A stretch of 64,000 nucleotides of DNA from Eledone cirrhosa (GCA_964016885.1 OZ024742.1:140678001-140742000), one strand, 5' to 3'. Shown: positions 39,531-55,099, counted from the stretch's first letter. Made by a program: numbers and translations. The notes: generated by a model from the letters alone, not told the origin.

Positions 39531-40919
39531 ACAGGACATTTTTATGGGGGAAGCATCTTGCAATGAGTATGGGATGAGAGAGCTTCAGAGGGTACTGATT
39601 GACTGTCTTCAATAATGTGGGTAGCATGTTGCAGTGAGTATGGGGTTGATAAATGAGCATCACAGTGTGATGGTGGACCAAACTGCATCAGAGGGTGATG
39701 GTGGACCAAACTGTCTCCCTGAAATATGGGAAGTTAAGTGTTATAAGAGGTGACAAAAAGGTAACCACTAGGAACAGTATCCATCTGTAAAATATTACCA
39801 CATAAAGAGTATGAAGAATATCATGTTGCTAACGGCTGACCACTCTTTTAGAAGGGAAACTGGCCTTGAACTACTTGTTCTTCTTGTAGTATTGCATAAG
39901 GATATTTACACATACTGAAACAATTTAATTCCAATTAAAATTTTGTTCCAGATCCCACACACTTGACATTAATCTATTTTTATAAAGTAATGTTTTTATC
40001 TTTTAGAAACTAATATCTTTACTTCTCTTTCAGAGACTTAAAAATATTCACTGTACACTGTATCCCCACCTTCACAAAGCCAACAGATGAAACTGCACTT
40101 TCTTTTTTAGTACAGAGGTGGTGGTGGTGGAAATCCCATTTAAACCATTATTGATAATGTGCATCTAAAATTAAGCATTAAAAAAACATGTAAAACATGT
40201 CAATTAGCAACCATGTTTTGGCTATTGGCCAATGGAAAGGAGTCCCAATGTATAACAACAACCAACACAGTATCTGATGGTCTGATGGTCATTAAGTATT
40301 TATTAGTACATCCCTCTGGACATTAACACTGCTTCACAGGTTATGTTTCAATGAAGTTGTAATGTGTTTTTGATTGTTTTTGAAAATATATACTATAAAA
40401 TGTTACAATTAGGAGAGAGAGAGAGCAATGGATAAAGAGGCTGATACAATTAATTAATTCATCAATAATTGTTTTTATATTGACAGAGTTTTAAGTTCAT
40501 TTATTCATTTTATATTTCATGAACAACAGTGGTGTTGATCAGATTTCCAATGGACCAATTACTGGTTCATTATATTTAGGATGTCCAGAGGGATAATGGA
40601 GCTATATGTGCAATTCTGGCAAAACAAATACCACAGGGGATTTTTTTGTTTGAAAGCACTGGTTTATTGGTATTTTTCATCAATGTTTTCACATTTTGCT
40701 GAAGTATATTATATATATATATATATACACATCCATACATACATATGTGCATATCATCATCATCATTTGTATGTCAACTTTTTCATGCTGGAATGGGTTG
40801 GATGAGACTTTTTGAGGCAATGTTCTACAACCAGTTGCCTTTCTTGACATCAACCCTTTTAGTCACTTCTTATGACATGTAGATATATAGTGTACCTATT
40901 CTAAACTGGATACACATGG

Positions 40920-41130
40920 TGCGTGTATGTGTGAAAGTGCGTGGTTTAGTGGTTAGGGTATTTGTTTTGTCTCACCCCATACTGAGTTTAAATCCAGCCG
41001 AGCTAAACTTTGCCTTTCATCCTTCTGAGGTCAATAAGAAAGGACTTGTCAAGTACTGGGGTCAATGTAATCAACTTTCCCCTCCTCATAAATTGTTCAT
41101 CATGTGCTTAAATTAGAAATCATTACTAAC
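40920..41130 (+). mobile_element. tRNA-derived SINE (second family)
   Basis: tggtttagtggttaggg head, gagtttaaatcc, ctttgcctttcatcc...aagtactggggtcaatg...ttagaaatcatta tail. Related copies at ~4210-4380, 12330-12490, 22435-22535, 46745-47005, 52225-52580 and 58783-58890. Confidence 0.7.
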
Positions 41131-42429
41131 TCTTAACATCCTGTAATGATTTAGCAGAAAATGAAAATATCTAAAAATGGGCTTGTTAATTTAAATGTTT
41201 ATAGTATCTTGACGGGGGGATAGATTGTTGTGAAAATCTGTAGTATTAGCATAAAGGTTTTAATTTTTAATATGATGCAGCCAAAGTTTATTTTAGTAAG
41301 ACATTCTTGAAGAGTACAAAATGTGGCTTCATGCAGTACAGGATGTTAAGAGTTAAGATGGTATTTGTAACATAAATGTTCTTACATAAAATGATGATGA
41401 GAGGTTTTTAGATAACCTACCAAAGAGTTGAAAGGACTATTCAGCTGTGTCAAAGACATGGCAACTAGTGTTGGTACTGAGATAAAATGCACACAGAGTG
41501 TGGAATCATATGATGGAATGCCAACCCACTCAGGGGCCAGAGACTCCACATGAATACTGATGTTCTATGACAGAACATCCAACATTTGATAGCAAGGAAA
41601 ACAGACATTAAATTATGATGATGATAACAAAGACTTTAAAACAAACAGTTTTGTATCATAGAACCTTGGCCGAAATTCTTTGAATAAAATTTTATATCGG
41701 AACCTTTTGATAAATTGTGCATTAAAATACCATCTTAATAATGAAATAATTAGTACTTTTAGTAAATCTCTCCAAATTAATTTAAATACAGCTTGACTTG
41801 TAGAATGTAATTGTGTGTGGATGTTTTCTATGTTCTTTTTTCCTCTAATTAATTTTTATTGATTTGTTTCTTTTGTAAATCATATTCATTCTTTTGATCT
41901 GTAGGAGACGAAACAAATTAATTTCATGATTATTATATAAGAAATATGATCACAAAAGGGTTAATATCATCATCATTTCCCTCTTGTATTTAGGAACAGA
42001 AAATTTTGTTTATCTCAATCATATAACTTTTTTTTTGTGAATTCATTTTATTTCTGTCAGAGAATTATGTGATACATACTGAAATGTAGAAAATATAGGT
42101 TCTTGTCTGATGACCCTGTGATAAACAGGCAAACCTCCAGAGTAACAAGATTAACTATTTAGTCTTAATAAAATGAGTGTCATCATCATCATCATCATCA
42201 TATGTATATATATATATATAAAATGAGTGTCATCATCATCATCATCAGTGTATATATATATATATATCATCATCATCAACATCATCATTTTTACATCTGC
42301 TTTTCCATTCTTGACTCCCCCATCAATTTCAATGTATAAGGATCAAAAAAACTTATTCAGTTTGGATGTTGGGTATGACATTTTAGTCCTGGCAGGGATT
42401 TGCAAGAAAGTCCACAGATCATGCAGAGG

Positions 42430-43505
42430 TGAAGTTTACTGGACAATGTTGTTGGTATGTTGCAGATGATTTGCAACACTAACTTAAAAAACCCAGACAA
42501 ACACTTGGTCACCTATAGATTAGGGAAACACACCAGCCAAATAGATTTCATCCTCACCAGATGGCGAGATAAAGTGATGGTCGTAAACACAAAATCCCTC
42601 CCTGGCGAGAAATGCACTTTCTAACATAATCTTGTAGTCAGTGATTTGTTAATTAGAGCTAGATGAACTTGGAGACAGAGAACAACCTGGAGGAGAAGGA
42701 TATAAAAATTGAAAGAGCCCTCAAATTTAGGAATATCCTACATGACGCTTTTGACAGTAAGAAGAAATAGCAACATACAATGGGAATTCCTGAGAGATAA
42801 TCTATTGAAGGCCACAAACACGGTATGTGGCTGGAGGAGAGATGCAGGGAGTAAGAGAGTGACTTGGTGGTGGAATAGTAGGGTGGATGGAACAATTAAG
42901 GCTAAGAGACAGGCATGGAAGGATTGGCAAAATAGGGGTAGCAGAGAACTTTACAAAGAGGCCAAGAGAGAAGCTGAAAATAAAATGTTTATGCATGTTA
43001 TATAACCTGCAAAGATTGGAAAGAAATGAAGCTTGCATGCTCCGATGGAGCATAAACAAACTGAGACAGAAACTGGACATAAGAGAAATCGGATGCAAGT
43101 GCAGTGTGCAGGAGAGCAGATTGTGATGGTGTGGACATGTGATGTGCATGAATGATGACAGCTGCATAAAAAAGTGCAGGGCACTCAAAGTTGATGGAAG
43201 CTATGGAACTGGAAAACCTAGGAAGACTTGGGATGAGCTGATAAAATCTGACCTTGTACAATTTCACCTCTCATGATGACATGACAAAAAACACCCAGCC
43301 CACACTGTAAAGTGGTCATTTTGGTGCCACGGTAAAAGGCACCCGCTACACACAGTAAATGTGGTTGGCATTAGGAAGAGCATCCAGCCATAGAAATCAA
43401 GCTAAAATTAGTTCTGTACGAGCAAGACATTATCATCTGATCTGGCTTGTTTCACAATGAAATAACTCATTTAACCCAAGCTAGTGTGGAAAAATGGATG
43501 TTAAA
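42430..43505 (+). mobile_element. Internally deleted RTE copy (RT core removed)
   Basis: End of APE (HLVTYRLGKHTSQIDFILTR) and the VTWWWN region joined at ~42980 directly to RLERNEACMLRW, then the 3'UTR. Confidence 0.88.
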
Positions 43506-43511
43506 TGATTA

Positions 43512-43563
<52 letters not shown>

Positions 43564-45313
43564 CATACATGCATATATATATATATATCATCATCATCAT
43601 CATTTTATGTCCGCTTTTCCCTGCTACCATGGAAAATGGATGTTAAACGATGATGATGATATATACATATTATTCCTGTATTAAAGTACTCAATACTTCG
43701 GAAAATGTACAAAATATGTTGTATATAGCAAATTAGAGACAACAAAACTGGTTAATTAATGAAACACATATGGCTGCCTCAAAGTTATTTATGTTCTAGC
43801 TGGTCTGTATGGTGATAACCTTTGCTGCAAATTATTGAATGAAAATAGCATTCATAATTGTTAATAAATGTATAATATTGAAAGCAGCTACATATATTAA
43901 TCATTAAATGTAGCAGACGTGTATCCTTGCAATAACTATAGATTTTCAAATATAATATTACAACAGCTTAGCAGAGTAATCTTTATATGGACTATTAAAC
44001 ACAACAAGAACAACAATAATGATTGTTTTAAGGCCATTTTCTAAAGCAGGGGTTAACCTTGTGGGCCACATGACATGGAATCCTTTTGAGATGAGGTTTT
44101 ACAGTTGAATACCCTTCACCTTACAACACACATGGATACGGTGTACTTTTTCTAAACTGGACACAAACACTCTTATATGGAATATCAAAATGAGACATAT
44201 TTCAAAAATAAATCAATTAAAACCCAGCGTAGATGATGACTTGAAGAAATGCAAGATGTTAGATAGAAAAATGAATTTAGTAGAAGAGATTTCAAAGATG
44301 ATAATGAAAATATTTTGTTTTGTTTTTACTATGGAGGAATGAAACTAGAAAACTGTAGAAAGCTAGGAGCTCTTGTAGACAAGCTGATATGTAGAAATGT
44401 GTGGTTTGAGAGGGAATTTCTTTGGATGTTGTCTCACTCTCTTTTTTTTATTAAGTCTGGAAGGGAAAGGAATTGCCCATGATCCTTTTCAGAGACCCTG
44501 AGGTTGGTAGAAAGAGGAAATTATACTCAAACCGAAGACATATCCCAAATACAAGCAACAGAGTGGACTCTAGTTAAGGCATCAAAGGGCCAGGTGGTGG
44601 TGTTAAATATAGAAACTGATTTAGTCTACCAGTGAAGTAAGGCACACCAGGGTTTGAACTCAGAAAGAACTGGTACAAATATTCCAAGGTATCTCATCCA
44701 ATGTTCTAACAATGTCCTTAATTCTATTGACCTCAGTAGGATTTGAACTCAGTGTGCAGAGAGCTGGACCAAATACTGCAAGGCCTTTTATCCTATGCTC
44801 TAATGACTGCCAATTTGCCATCTACCATGGGGCTTGTATAGCGTTGTAGCAAGCATTCTTTAGTTAAATGTATCTATACTTTGTAAAATGGAAATATTCT
44901 GTGATGAAGTTTTTTATCTATAAAAAGTGAAGAACTGCTCTCCATGTGAAGTAATATGTGGATAACTCCTTGTTGTAGTAATGTTTGTATTTTGTGGGTT
45001 TTAAAAAAAATATTATTCATTAAATGAGATTACACTATCAAGTACTTAATCCTTTTGATCCCAAACTGCCTGAAACTACCCTTGGTTCTATAATACAAAT
45101 CTGTTTGCTGCCATCCCTTCCATTATCCCCTATGGCCCCTTGCCTTTCAGCACCCTTTACTACATCCCTGCCTTCTAGCATAGCTTTTGAGCCCTTCAGC
45201 TCACAAAAGAACGTTAGCACCCACTTTTGGGAATCACTGCTTTAGTTTATGTAGCATGAGAGATACTGTAGAGGATAACTGATGAAATAGAAAATAAGCA
45301 CTAAAATACTGAC

Positions 45314-45358
45314 CTCAGCATTATAAAATTTTGTCTTAACATCCAGGGGTTTCAAGAC
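45314..45358 (-). CDS. TRAPPC13: TRAPPC13 45-nt exon (VLKPLDVKTKFYNAE)
   Basis: ttattacag/gtcagt, phase 0/0. The peptide is identical to the recalled human sequence. Confidence 0.96.
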
Positions 45359-46742
45359 CTGTAATAAATAAATAAAGCTTAAGTTTTATAGAGTCAAATG
45401 TGTTTAAAGTTGATAACTTTAGTTTTATTTCTTTTCTGAGTGTGAATTTGGTAAATAGAAACTGCCAGGAAACCTGCCATGTGTGTATGTGAATATACAT
45501 ATATTGGCCATACAAGTACAATTTCTTGAAGGCTCACCACCTATTTACAACAAAGGGCAATTGCAACACACTGTACACTGCAAAACAAAGATAGAACACT
45601 AACGGACAATGTCTGTATTATACAAAAAAGTGATACTTATCTTCTTTTTTATTTCTATCTTAATTTATTGATAAAATAATACAATATCCTGAGGGAGCTG
45701 TTTGACGTCACTTATGATGTTAATGTCTTTAGAAATGGTAAAAGAAGCCTCACACATCTCTTCTTGAAATTCTCAGGAACCCCACTTCTTTTTTTAATAT
45801 TCTAAAACATTTTCATTCATAATTTTCCAAATCTAGTTCTACACTCTGCACACACTCACATTCAACAGTAGTCGGCCTAGCACAAACTCACTGTTGGCAG
45901 TGGTGGTGGGTCTGCTAAAATGATGGATCCCCCATTGATTTTGAGGAGCATTCAGTTGTTTGATTACCTAAATGACCAATTTGTGAATTAACATGTAAGT
46001 GGTTAAGTATTCCTCAGACATGTGTAGCTTTGATGTAAATCCTAAGCAAAATCAGTGTGACTAGGCTGGACCTTTGAATTACAAGTGTAATCCATCTGAC
46101 AGCTTTCCATACAGTTTCTGTCTACCCAATCTACTAATATAATAAGGATTTGAAAAACAATATTCAATTTAATGAAACTTGAAAATATGCTGGGAAAATT
46201 ATTTTTTCATCATCATCATCATTTTATGTTCCCTTTCCATGAGGGCATGGGTTGGACAGCTTGTCACGGTCCAAAACAAGACAGTTTGGAATTACCAGTC
46301 TTGCTCATTATGTTCCATATTTTGCATGATTTTATCGCTGGATGCTCTTCCTAATGCCAGCCACCTTTCAGGAAATACTGGGTGCATTTCTAATGACATC
46401 AGAACTACCACCTTACAAGGTGTACAGGTGTGCATTCTGTCATGACACCAGCACTAGAGAGGTTGTCACTTGCTAGGCGAGATTGGAGAGTCCTTTTAAC
46501 CCCTATATTGTCTTCAATTTTGATAGCCAAACACTGTATGTGGCCTTCGATCACTCACCACATTTACCATTAGTGTCACAGTGCTTCTACTAGTGTATAG
46601 GTCTGTTGTATAATGGCATATTTTCTAAATGACCCGAAATTTAGCTTTTTTTTAAAACATGAGATTTAATTCTTCAAAGTTATGTTGGGATCTTAAAACT
46701 TATTCAGAAGATTTTAACAGATTCTGGACTGTGTATGTTTCA

Positions 46743-47063
46743 TTCTCAAGTATATAATTGTTTCTACTTTTGGCACAAGGCCAGCAATTACTCTAGTGTA
46801 TTACTGGTACTTTATTTTATCGACCCCCGTAAGGATGAAAGGCAAAGTTAATCTCGGTGGGATTTGAACTCAGATCTCAAGTATATAATTGTTTCTACTT
46901 TTGGCACAAGGCCAGCAATTATCCCAGTGTATTACTGGCACTTTATTTTATCGACCCCGTAAGGATGAAAGGCAAAGTTAAACTCGGCGGGATTTGAACT
47001 CAGACCATAAAGGGCTATAACTGGTCTGAGTTCAAATCCCGCTGAGCTTCTCAAGTATATAAT
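46743..47063 (-). mobile_element. Tandem SINE dimer separated and flanked by a triplicated target sequence
   Basis: tctcaagtatataat at ~46744, 46875 and 47049, with a SINE body between each. Confidence 0.8.
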
Positions 47064-48017
47064 GGTGATTGAATAGTAACAAAACGGAGTAGAGAGGTCT
47101 CTTCAGTCTTGCCAAGTATATGACAACCTGTCTAGTGTTAGTGCTATGATAAAATGCACCCAGAACACTCTGTAAAGAGGATAGTATCTAGCTGTAGATA
47201 TGTCAACATATGGAATGTGTGAGCAAGGCATGGTATCTAAACTGTTCTGTCTCACTGTAACAACTCATCCACCCATCCCAATTTGGAAAGCAGACATAAA
47301 ATAATAATGGTGCTTATATCTGTGGGAAGACTTTTTTTAAATTCTAAATTATTTTCCTAAAATATTAAATGCTGTTTTTCACACAGGCCTAACTACAAAA
47401 AAAAAAAATTATTTGTGTTGCTCATACTAAATTTTTACTTACTGACATTGTCTTAGACACCACAGTGACTATATAACTGCCTAGCAACTCATTTAATAAA
47501 CACATTGTAATATTATATACCAGATGGTTGCACATAAACCATTGTGCTAATATATATATTTTAACATTCAAGACTGGAAACAATATATGCAAACAATTTG
47601 ATATTGTCACATGAAAGGAAATAGGATTTCATCCTCATAACACCTGAATATTTTTCATCTTATCACTTAAACGTCTCAGATTTCAATTTCATTTAATAGA
47701 CTATTATCTGACACAGAAAAAATGTGCTTTCTTTTACTTGACAATATAAAATTGTTTGCCAATGTTTTTTCATAAAGAACTCATAAACTAGACCAAATTC
47801 CAGCATGTTTGTATTAACTCGCTATGGCTTCATAACAACATTGTTTGACAATATCAAATGGTTAACAGACATTTTTCATAAGAGACTGAAAATCTATATT
47901 TATACAATTGCCCTGTTTACACAAGACATATATATAGTGTTTACAAGAATATGAAAAATATGTGATACGTTATAATATAGCTAATCAGAAAGCATTAGCT
48001 CTACTTATAAAACTCAC

Positions 48018-48090
48018 CTGAAATTTGAAGAACTTGCGGAAAGCCATCTTATCACCAGACTCTGTGACATAACTAACTGCACACACCAAA
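48018..48090 (-). CDS. TRAPPC13: TRAPPC13 exon ([24 protein letters not shown])
   Basis: 73 nt, ttacag/gtgagt. Matches human [24 protein letters not shown]. Confidence 0.96.
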
Positions 48091-50653
48091 CTGTAACCAA
48101 AAATAGATAATGTTGTTTTGAGTGAAAGGAATATTATTTATCAACTAAACAATTATTTATAAGAAAATAAATATAAAGAAAATAGACCAACTCAAAGATG
48201 AAATGAAAACCAAATTCCCCATGCATTTCATGAAACACCATTCTACCATATAGAACTATGGTCAAATACAGATGTGTTTAAAGTTGATAAGTTTGGTTTT
48301 TCAATGAATTTTGGAGATGGAAACTAAGATGAAGTCTGCTGTATATATCATCATCATTATTTTATATCCATTTTTCTATGCTGGCATGGTTTGGACAAAG
48401 CCAATACTTAATTGAAATTAGTGTCAGGTGACCTTGTCTTGCTCAAATAAGCATAATTTTGGCATGGTTTCTACAGTAGGATGTCCTTCTGAATGCCAAC
48501 CATATTGTAGAATGTACTTGATGCATTATTCTGGAACTATATGTGTGTGTATGTCTGTCTCGATAAGCCTTCATATCAACACCTTTTAAAGCAAGCAGTC
48601 ATGCTTGCTTATGTCCTGCATAAACAATATATCTCACCGAAGACTGGTTCTAGAAAAATGTCTAGTATATATAATATCACCATCATCATTACTGTTAATG
48701 TCTATTTTCCATGCTTTATGGGTTAGATATGTTGTCATGTTATTAGGCTAGCCAGGTCAGATTTGTTTTTCGCTTTGTTTTCTATGCATGGATGCCCTTC
48801 TAGTGTGTACAGACACAACTTTTCTCATGGCTCCATCACTATCTGGGTGGATTGGGTACTTTTTGAAATGACACCAGTATGACCACAATTACAAGGCGGA
48901 CTGGGTACATTTTAGTCATAACATCAGTTTGACAACCTTACAGGCTGGACTGGGTGCTTTTTTGTCATGGCACCAGTACAACCACCTTAAAGGTGCTTTT
49001 TGCTGTTGTGGCACCAGCACTACCACCATACAGGGTGGACAGGGTGTTTTTTATTGTGGTACCAGCACTATGGGAAAGCAGGTGTGGAGTGTCTCCAGCT
49101 TTCCATGCATGCATGGAGTAGATGGGAAGTGTGTATCAGGGCTGTGGAAGAAGAAGGGAAGTAGATAGATACACCCAGCGACTAAGGCAGACAGGAGACC
49201 ACATTCTTGTTTTGACCAATTATTTTGTCCTGGTACAAGGTGGAGTGTGTCCAGGTATCCATGTTGGCATGGGGTCTTTGTCTATTGGAATGGGCTAGGA
49301 GGGTGTAAGGTGGGGGTACCTTTCCATGCTGGAAAAAGTTGGATGAGGAGAGGGGGAGGACTGTCTTTCCATGATGTCAGGAGTTGTTGGATATGCAAAA
49401 TGGGGTGGAAATAGAGGAAGTGAGTGGAGGAGGTCTAAGTTGCGGGAATTTAGATAATGAAGGGGGAAGTGTATGAAGAATATTGGTACAGACTGTCCTC
49501 ATCATGCTTGATTCATCCTGCACATGCAGGGAAGTGGGGTCTTCGGCAGTATGTAACATTACCAAAGAATTCAACCCTATGTCACCTCCTTTAAGAGGTC
49601 TAATTTTATGAGGTTAGCTTTTACCATATAATCCTAAAATTTCTGCAGTTTCCATTCCCTTCAAATTGCTAGCTTTATGTCTAAATTAAACACCATTAAT
49701 TGTATAATTCCAAAAGGTTTAATGACTCTGAATCCAAATATACATAAAATGAAATTGTAACATGGCTGTTTAATCCTTTCATTACCATATTTCCAATAAA
49801 AGACACTATGATTTTCAAATTCCTTTGAAAGTAAACAAGAATTTGGAGAGAATTAATAATATAACTAACATTCCTATCATTAAGCTGGTACATGGAGCAT
49901 AAAGGTTATGCTGGAAGGTTGTTTGATAACTATATTGTTGTTGCTGATGCACATCTATTATTTCTGATAATGAGTGTTTCTTTTGAGTGATCAATGGAAC
50001 AGCCTGTTCATGAAATTAATGTGCAAGCTTGATAAGCATTTCACAAACATGTACCCTATAATGCAATTTTTAGGGAGATTCAGTATGATACAATGTGTGA
50101 CAAAGCTAGTTCTTTGAATTACAGGGACAACTCATTTTTGCCAGATGAGTAAACTGAAGCAATGGGAAATAAAGTGTCTTGCTCAAGGATACCACATGCT
50201 GCTGGAAATCTAACTCATGACTTTAAAATAATTAGCCAAACACCTTAACTACTCAGCCATGTTCTTTCACTCAATAAATATTCTTTAAAATGAACAGGTA
50301 GTTTTGTGTGGGTTGGTATCAAAATGACTAAACTGACATGAATTCAAATATCATAACTATTGTATAGTTATGGAGCACCTATGTGAGTTATGTAACTCTG
50401 CTGGCCTCAATGTGTCTGACTTATAAAAGAGCATCCACATCAGTATCATAGTTTAGTGTGTAATAATTAGTAGCTGCAAGGGTATTCCGCAGTAAAAACA
50501 ACTAATTTAGTACAATTGAACAAAAAGGTCTCTTCATGGTCACTTGAACTACTAGATATAGCAAGCAAATCTCCTTTAAATTGCACCCTGTCATCTTAAA
50601 AATGGGAAGGACACATTGGGTAGTGTAGTCAAGGAATGTCCTTGAGCTGATCT

Positions 50654-50888
<235 letters not shown>

Positions 50889-51214
50889 CAATAGTAGCAG
50901 CAGCTTCTGCTACTGATGCTGCTTCAATGGTATACACATTATCAGATCTACAAAATTAATCCCACATATTCTAACACTAAAAAACAGATGTAAACAACAT
51001 CTTTTATGTTAATCCATGGGATTATTATTCATTTAGTTTCCATCTCTGAAATTAAATGGAATATTCTAGGTTTCTATAAAAAAAACTATGTTCTGTTCTC
51101 TAAGTCTGCACATAGTACTATGTTCCTGCCAAATTCTATTTTTTCCTTTCTAGTTGCCATTATGGTTTTCTCCTGATCTCTTGATAGTATTTTCTGAATG
51201 GATGTTAAAAGCTG

Positions 51215-51445
51215 TTAGCCCATTTGCTACCAAACTGCCTCTGGTTCTATGAAATAAAACTGTATGTTTTAAAGTGTTTATATTTGTCTAGAAATCTTCT
51301 ATCTAACTTTTATGTAAGAACATTTCTTGAGTTATGTTATAAACACCAACTTAATAATGAAAAAGTTGTACTATTAAACTCCTTGTTTGAAAGAAATCCC
51401 CCCAGGAAATGTCTTTCATTAGAAATATGGTAACGAAAGGGTTAA
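51215..51445 (-). mobile_element. piggyBac-like MITE, well-preserved copy
   Basis: ttag|cccatttgctacca ... tggtaacgaaaggg|ttaa: short TIRs with CCC/GGG ends and TTAA-like flanks. Confidence 0.7.
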
Positions 51446-54400
51446 AATGTTTATATTTATCTAAAAATGTTCCGTTAGAATTTTGTGTAAGAAACTCTGT
51501 TAAGTTATACTCTAAACACCAGATGAAAAAATAAAATGAGAAAATTATTTTAAGAATGAAAAAATTAGTTATCTAGGTAGGGCCTTTCATTAGAAATATG
51601 GTAATAGTTAAAGAAAGATATGTTCCATGTAAATTATTTTATCCATAATTCTTAGGTGCTTTAAAAAAAATATTGCTTTTATCAATATTTTGTAAACAAA
51701 ATTATTTAAATATAGCAGAAGAAGGAGGGAAACATTCTTGTAAAGCTCAAGTCAACATTAACTTAGTAAAATCATTGCATTATTTTGCTGTACACAGGAA
51801 TTTTGTCATGTGGGTGTGTGTATGAAGACTGATTTAACTTTTATAACAATAACCATGGTAACAAATAAGAGAGACTTGTAGTGTAGTAAATGCTAAACTT
51901 AATTAAATTTCTGTATAGTAATGGGTTACTATGTGATAAAGGAATTATTTTGAATCGATGATGAATAATTTCTAACATGAGGCCTGTGGGAGGAGTTAGT
52001 CAACCAACCCTTTCAATACCAACCTTCCCCCAAAAAGATTCTGTTTCTATGGAATGAAGCTGCCCATTTTAAATTAAAATCTTGTAACATAATTTTATAT
52101 AAGAACCTTTTGTTATTCTAGAAATACCATCTCAATAATTGAAATAATTTTAGTAAATCCCTCCAAATTCTCAAGTAATTATTTCAGTGTATCTTATTAA
52201 AAACATACTAATGAAGGAGTTAAATCAATACCAGTACTTGACTGGTACTTTATTTTATCCCCCTCCCTAAGGGTGAAAGACAAAGTTAACCTCAGCAAGA
52301 TTTGAACTCAAAACATAAAAAGACAAAAAAGAAAAAAATCCTGCAGGGTGACTTACTATAAGGATTCTGCTAATCCACCATCCAACAAGTACTAATAATT
52401 GTCTCTACTTTTGGAACAAGGTCAGCAATTACCCCAGTGCATTACTGGAGCTTTATTTTATCGATCCCGTAAGGATGAAAGGCAAAGTTTATCTTTGAAC
52501 TCAGACGCAAAGGGCCATAACTCTATGCAACAAAGCATGGTGTCTGATGTTATACTAATACTACCAATCTACCACTAATAATGACATTCACCTTGAAAGT
52601 TGATGCAATTTTCAAAGTAAAAAGATTAAGAATTTATTCTTTTTTAGTTACAATTGTTTTGTCTGTCATTTTTTTTACAACAGGGTTGAAGTATCTATAA
52701 ACTTTGTCATTTGAATCTCTCTTCCTAAAGATATATCCCAATGCTGACCAGGCAATTTTTCAATTAACTAGACTATTCATTAAATTAGCATGTATGTAAC
52801 TGATTATTTCACAGATATATGCACCCTTAACATAATTCTTAGGCAGATTCAATATGACACAGTTTTAACAAAACTAGAAATTTGTATTATAGATACAATC
52901 CATCCAACAAGCTTCCATACAATTTCCATCTACCAAATTTTACTCACAAGGCTTGGGTGACTGAAGACTATGGTAAAAGATGCTCAAGAGGCCAAGTAAT
53001 GGGCTTGGACCTTGGACCTCATGATTGTTTACTCTCCTCCAATATTAACCACAGTATAGTAGTAGTGCTGGGGCCATGATAAAATGAACTTAATACACTC
53101 TATAAAGAGGTTGGAGTTAGAAAGGGTATCCAGCAATAATGGAATGTTTGGGCAAGTTATGGTATCCGACTGTCTTTGACCTTGATGACTTATCTATCCC
53201 ATGCCAGCATGGAAAGCAGACATCAAAGGATGATGATAATAATTTTGATGATTGTGACATGTGAGTGACACCTATTTTTAGCTAGATAGACTGTGATAAC
53301 TGTAATAATGCACCTTGCCTAGCAGCACAACACAATGGCTGTAGCATAGTATAATCTTCATTTTTTAACTTTATAGAGCCACTGATAATATATTAAAAAT
53401 AAAACAAAAATAATAAAAAAAATAATATAATCTATCAAGAGGGAAAATTGTAGTTTTCAAAAAATTGTAACTGGAAATCTTCTGTTATTGTGTTTGTAAT
53501 TTAATCTTCTTATAAAAAATGATGAATATTAGTTTGAAAAAAAAAATGGATGAAACAATTTCATTGAAAGAGTATCAGGTGGTAGAATAAAATGAATTGA
53601 AAAGTAGCCAACATGAATGGATATGAATGTTTATATAATATAGAACATATAGTAACCTCTCTAGTGGGGGAGATCAATTGACAAGATCTTGGACCTCATT
53701 CGCTCACTGAGTGCGGTGGAGCCCATCAAATAGGACCAAGGAAACAAGGTTTCCATTGGTCTTTCCATTGCTGATAATATCTACTGGTTGCAACTCCTGG
53801 CAGGGGGAGCAGTTTGAAATAAAGTGTCTTGCTCAAGGATATAACACACTGCTGTCCGGGAATCAAATTTGAACCTCCTGATTGTGAGTACAAATCTCTA
53901 ACCTCTAAGCCATCACTCTAGTGCTGATGCCACAATAAAAATACATGCAACAACCTATCTAGTGCTGGTGTTACAATAAAATGCACTCAGTACACTCTGT
54001 ACGGTGGCTGGTAGTAGCCAGGCATCTAGTCATGGAATCTATATTAAATATGGAATGTCTGAGCAGGATGAGGTTGCTCTGATCCATCTGGTCTTGGACT
54101 GTGAAAACCCATCCAACTAATGCCAGCACAGAAGGTGGGTGTGAAATGCTGATAATGATGAATTTAGGGCATTTTTTTTTCAATAAAAATTCTGGATATA
54201 GATATGGGTCAGTAGGAGTAAATATATTTCTGTTAAACCATTTACTACTGCTTTGTGCCTGATGTTTATAAACATTACTCTTCATAGTCAACTGCTTCTT
54301 TTTTATTTCTTCAAACTTGCAACTATTCATACATATTCTAATATAATATTATTAAATATTTTGAGAATAATAAAACGTTATTAAATATTTTGATTCTGGT

Positions 54401-54497
54401 ATTATTAAATTTCTGTAACAAATGAAATTGTTACACACTGAAAAGTAAATACAAGTGTTTATATATATCAGGGAAAGCAGACATTAAAATGACTATA

Positions 54498-54559
<62 letters not shown>

Positions 54560-54597
54560 CTCCTGCTATATATATATATATACATTTTATTTTTTTT

Positions 54598-54911
54598 TCA
54601 TTTCATTTTTACGTCCGCTTTTCCTTGCTTGCAAGGGTGGGATGGGAACTGATTCTGGCTTGATTTCTACAGCTGGATGCCCTTCCTAACACCAACCTCA
54701 TTTACAGTGAGTGGTGGGTGCTTTTTTTTGCCGTGGCACCTCTACAACCACTTTGCAGTGGAATGATAATCTCATTTCTACAGCTGAGTAAACTGGAGCA
54801 ATGTGAAATAAAGTGTCTTGCTCAAGGAAACAACACATCACTGGGTCTGAGAATTGAACTCACAACCTTTCGATTGCAAGGCCAATGCTCTAACCACTAA
54901 GCCATGTGCTT

Positions 54912-54913
<2 letters not shown>
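54598..54913 (-). mobile_element. Full-length tRNA-head/RTE-tail SINE inserted among (TA)n tracts
   Basis: Reverse-complement match to 25126-25463. Confidence 0.85.
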
Positions 54914-54987
<74 letters not shown>

Positions 54988-55099
54988 GGCAGGAGGTCAG
55001 CCATTGGGCCCCAACTATATATATATATATATATATATAGTATACTATACTATACTATATATATATACATATATATAAAAAAATTGTTATATACTATAC

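Noticed and set aside
40070-40164. Possible cryptic TRAPPC13 exon (MHIINNGLNG...)
   Set aside because: Reasonable acceptor, but only poor donors before an in-frame stop.
42107-42136. Second hammerhead-like motif (ctgatga-ccctgt..acagg-caaa)
   Set aside because: The essential GAAA is CAAA, and there is no stem I/III or cleavage triplet.
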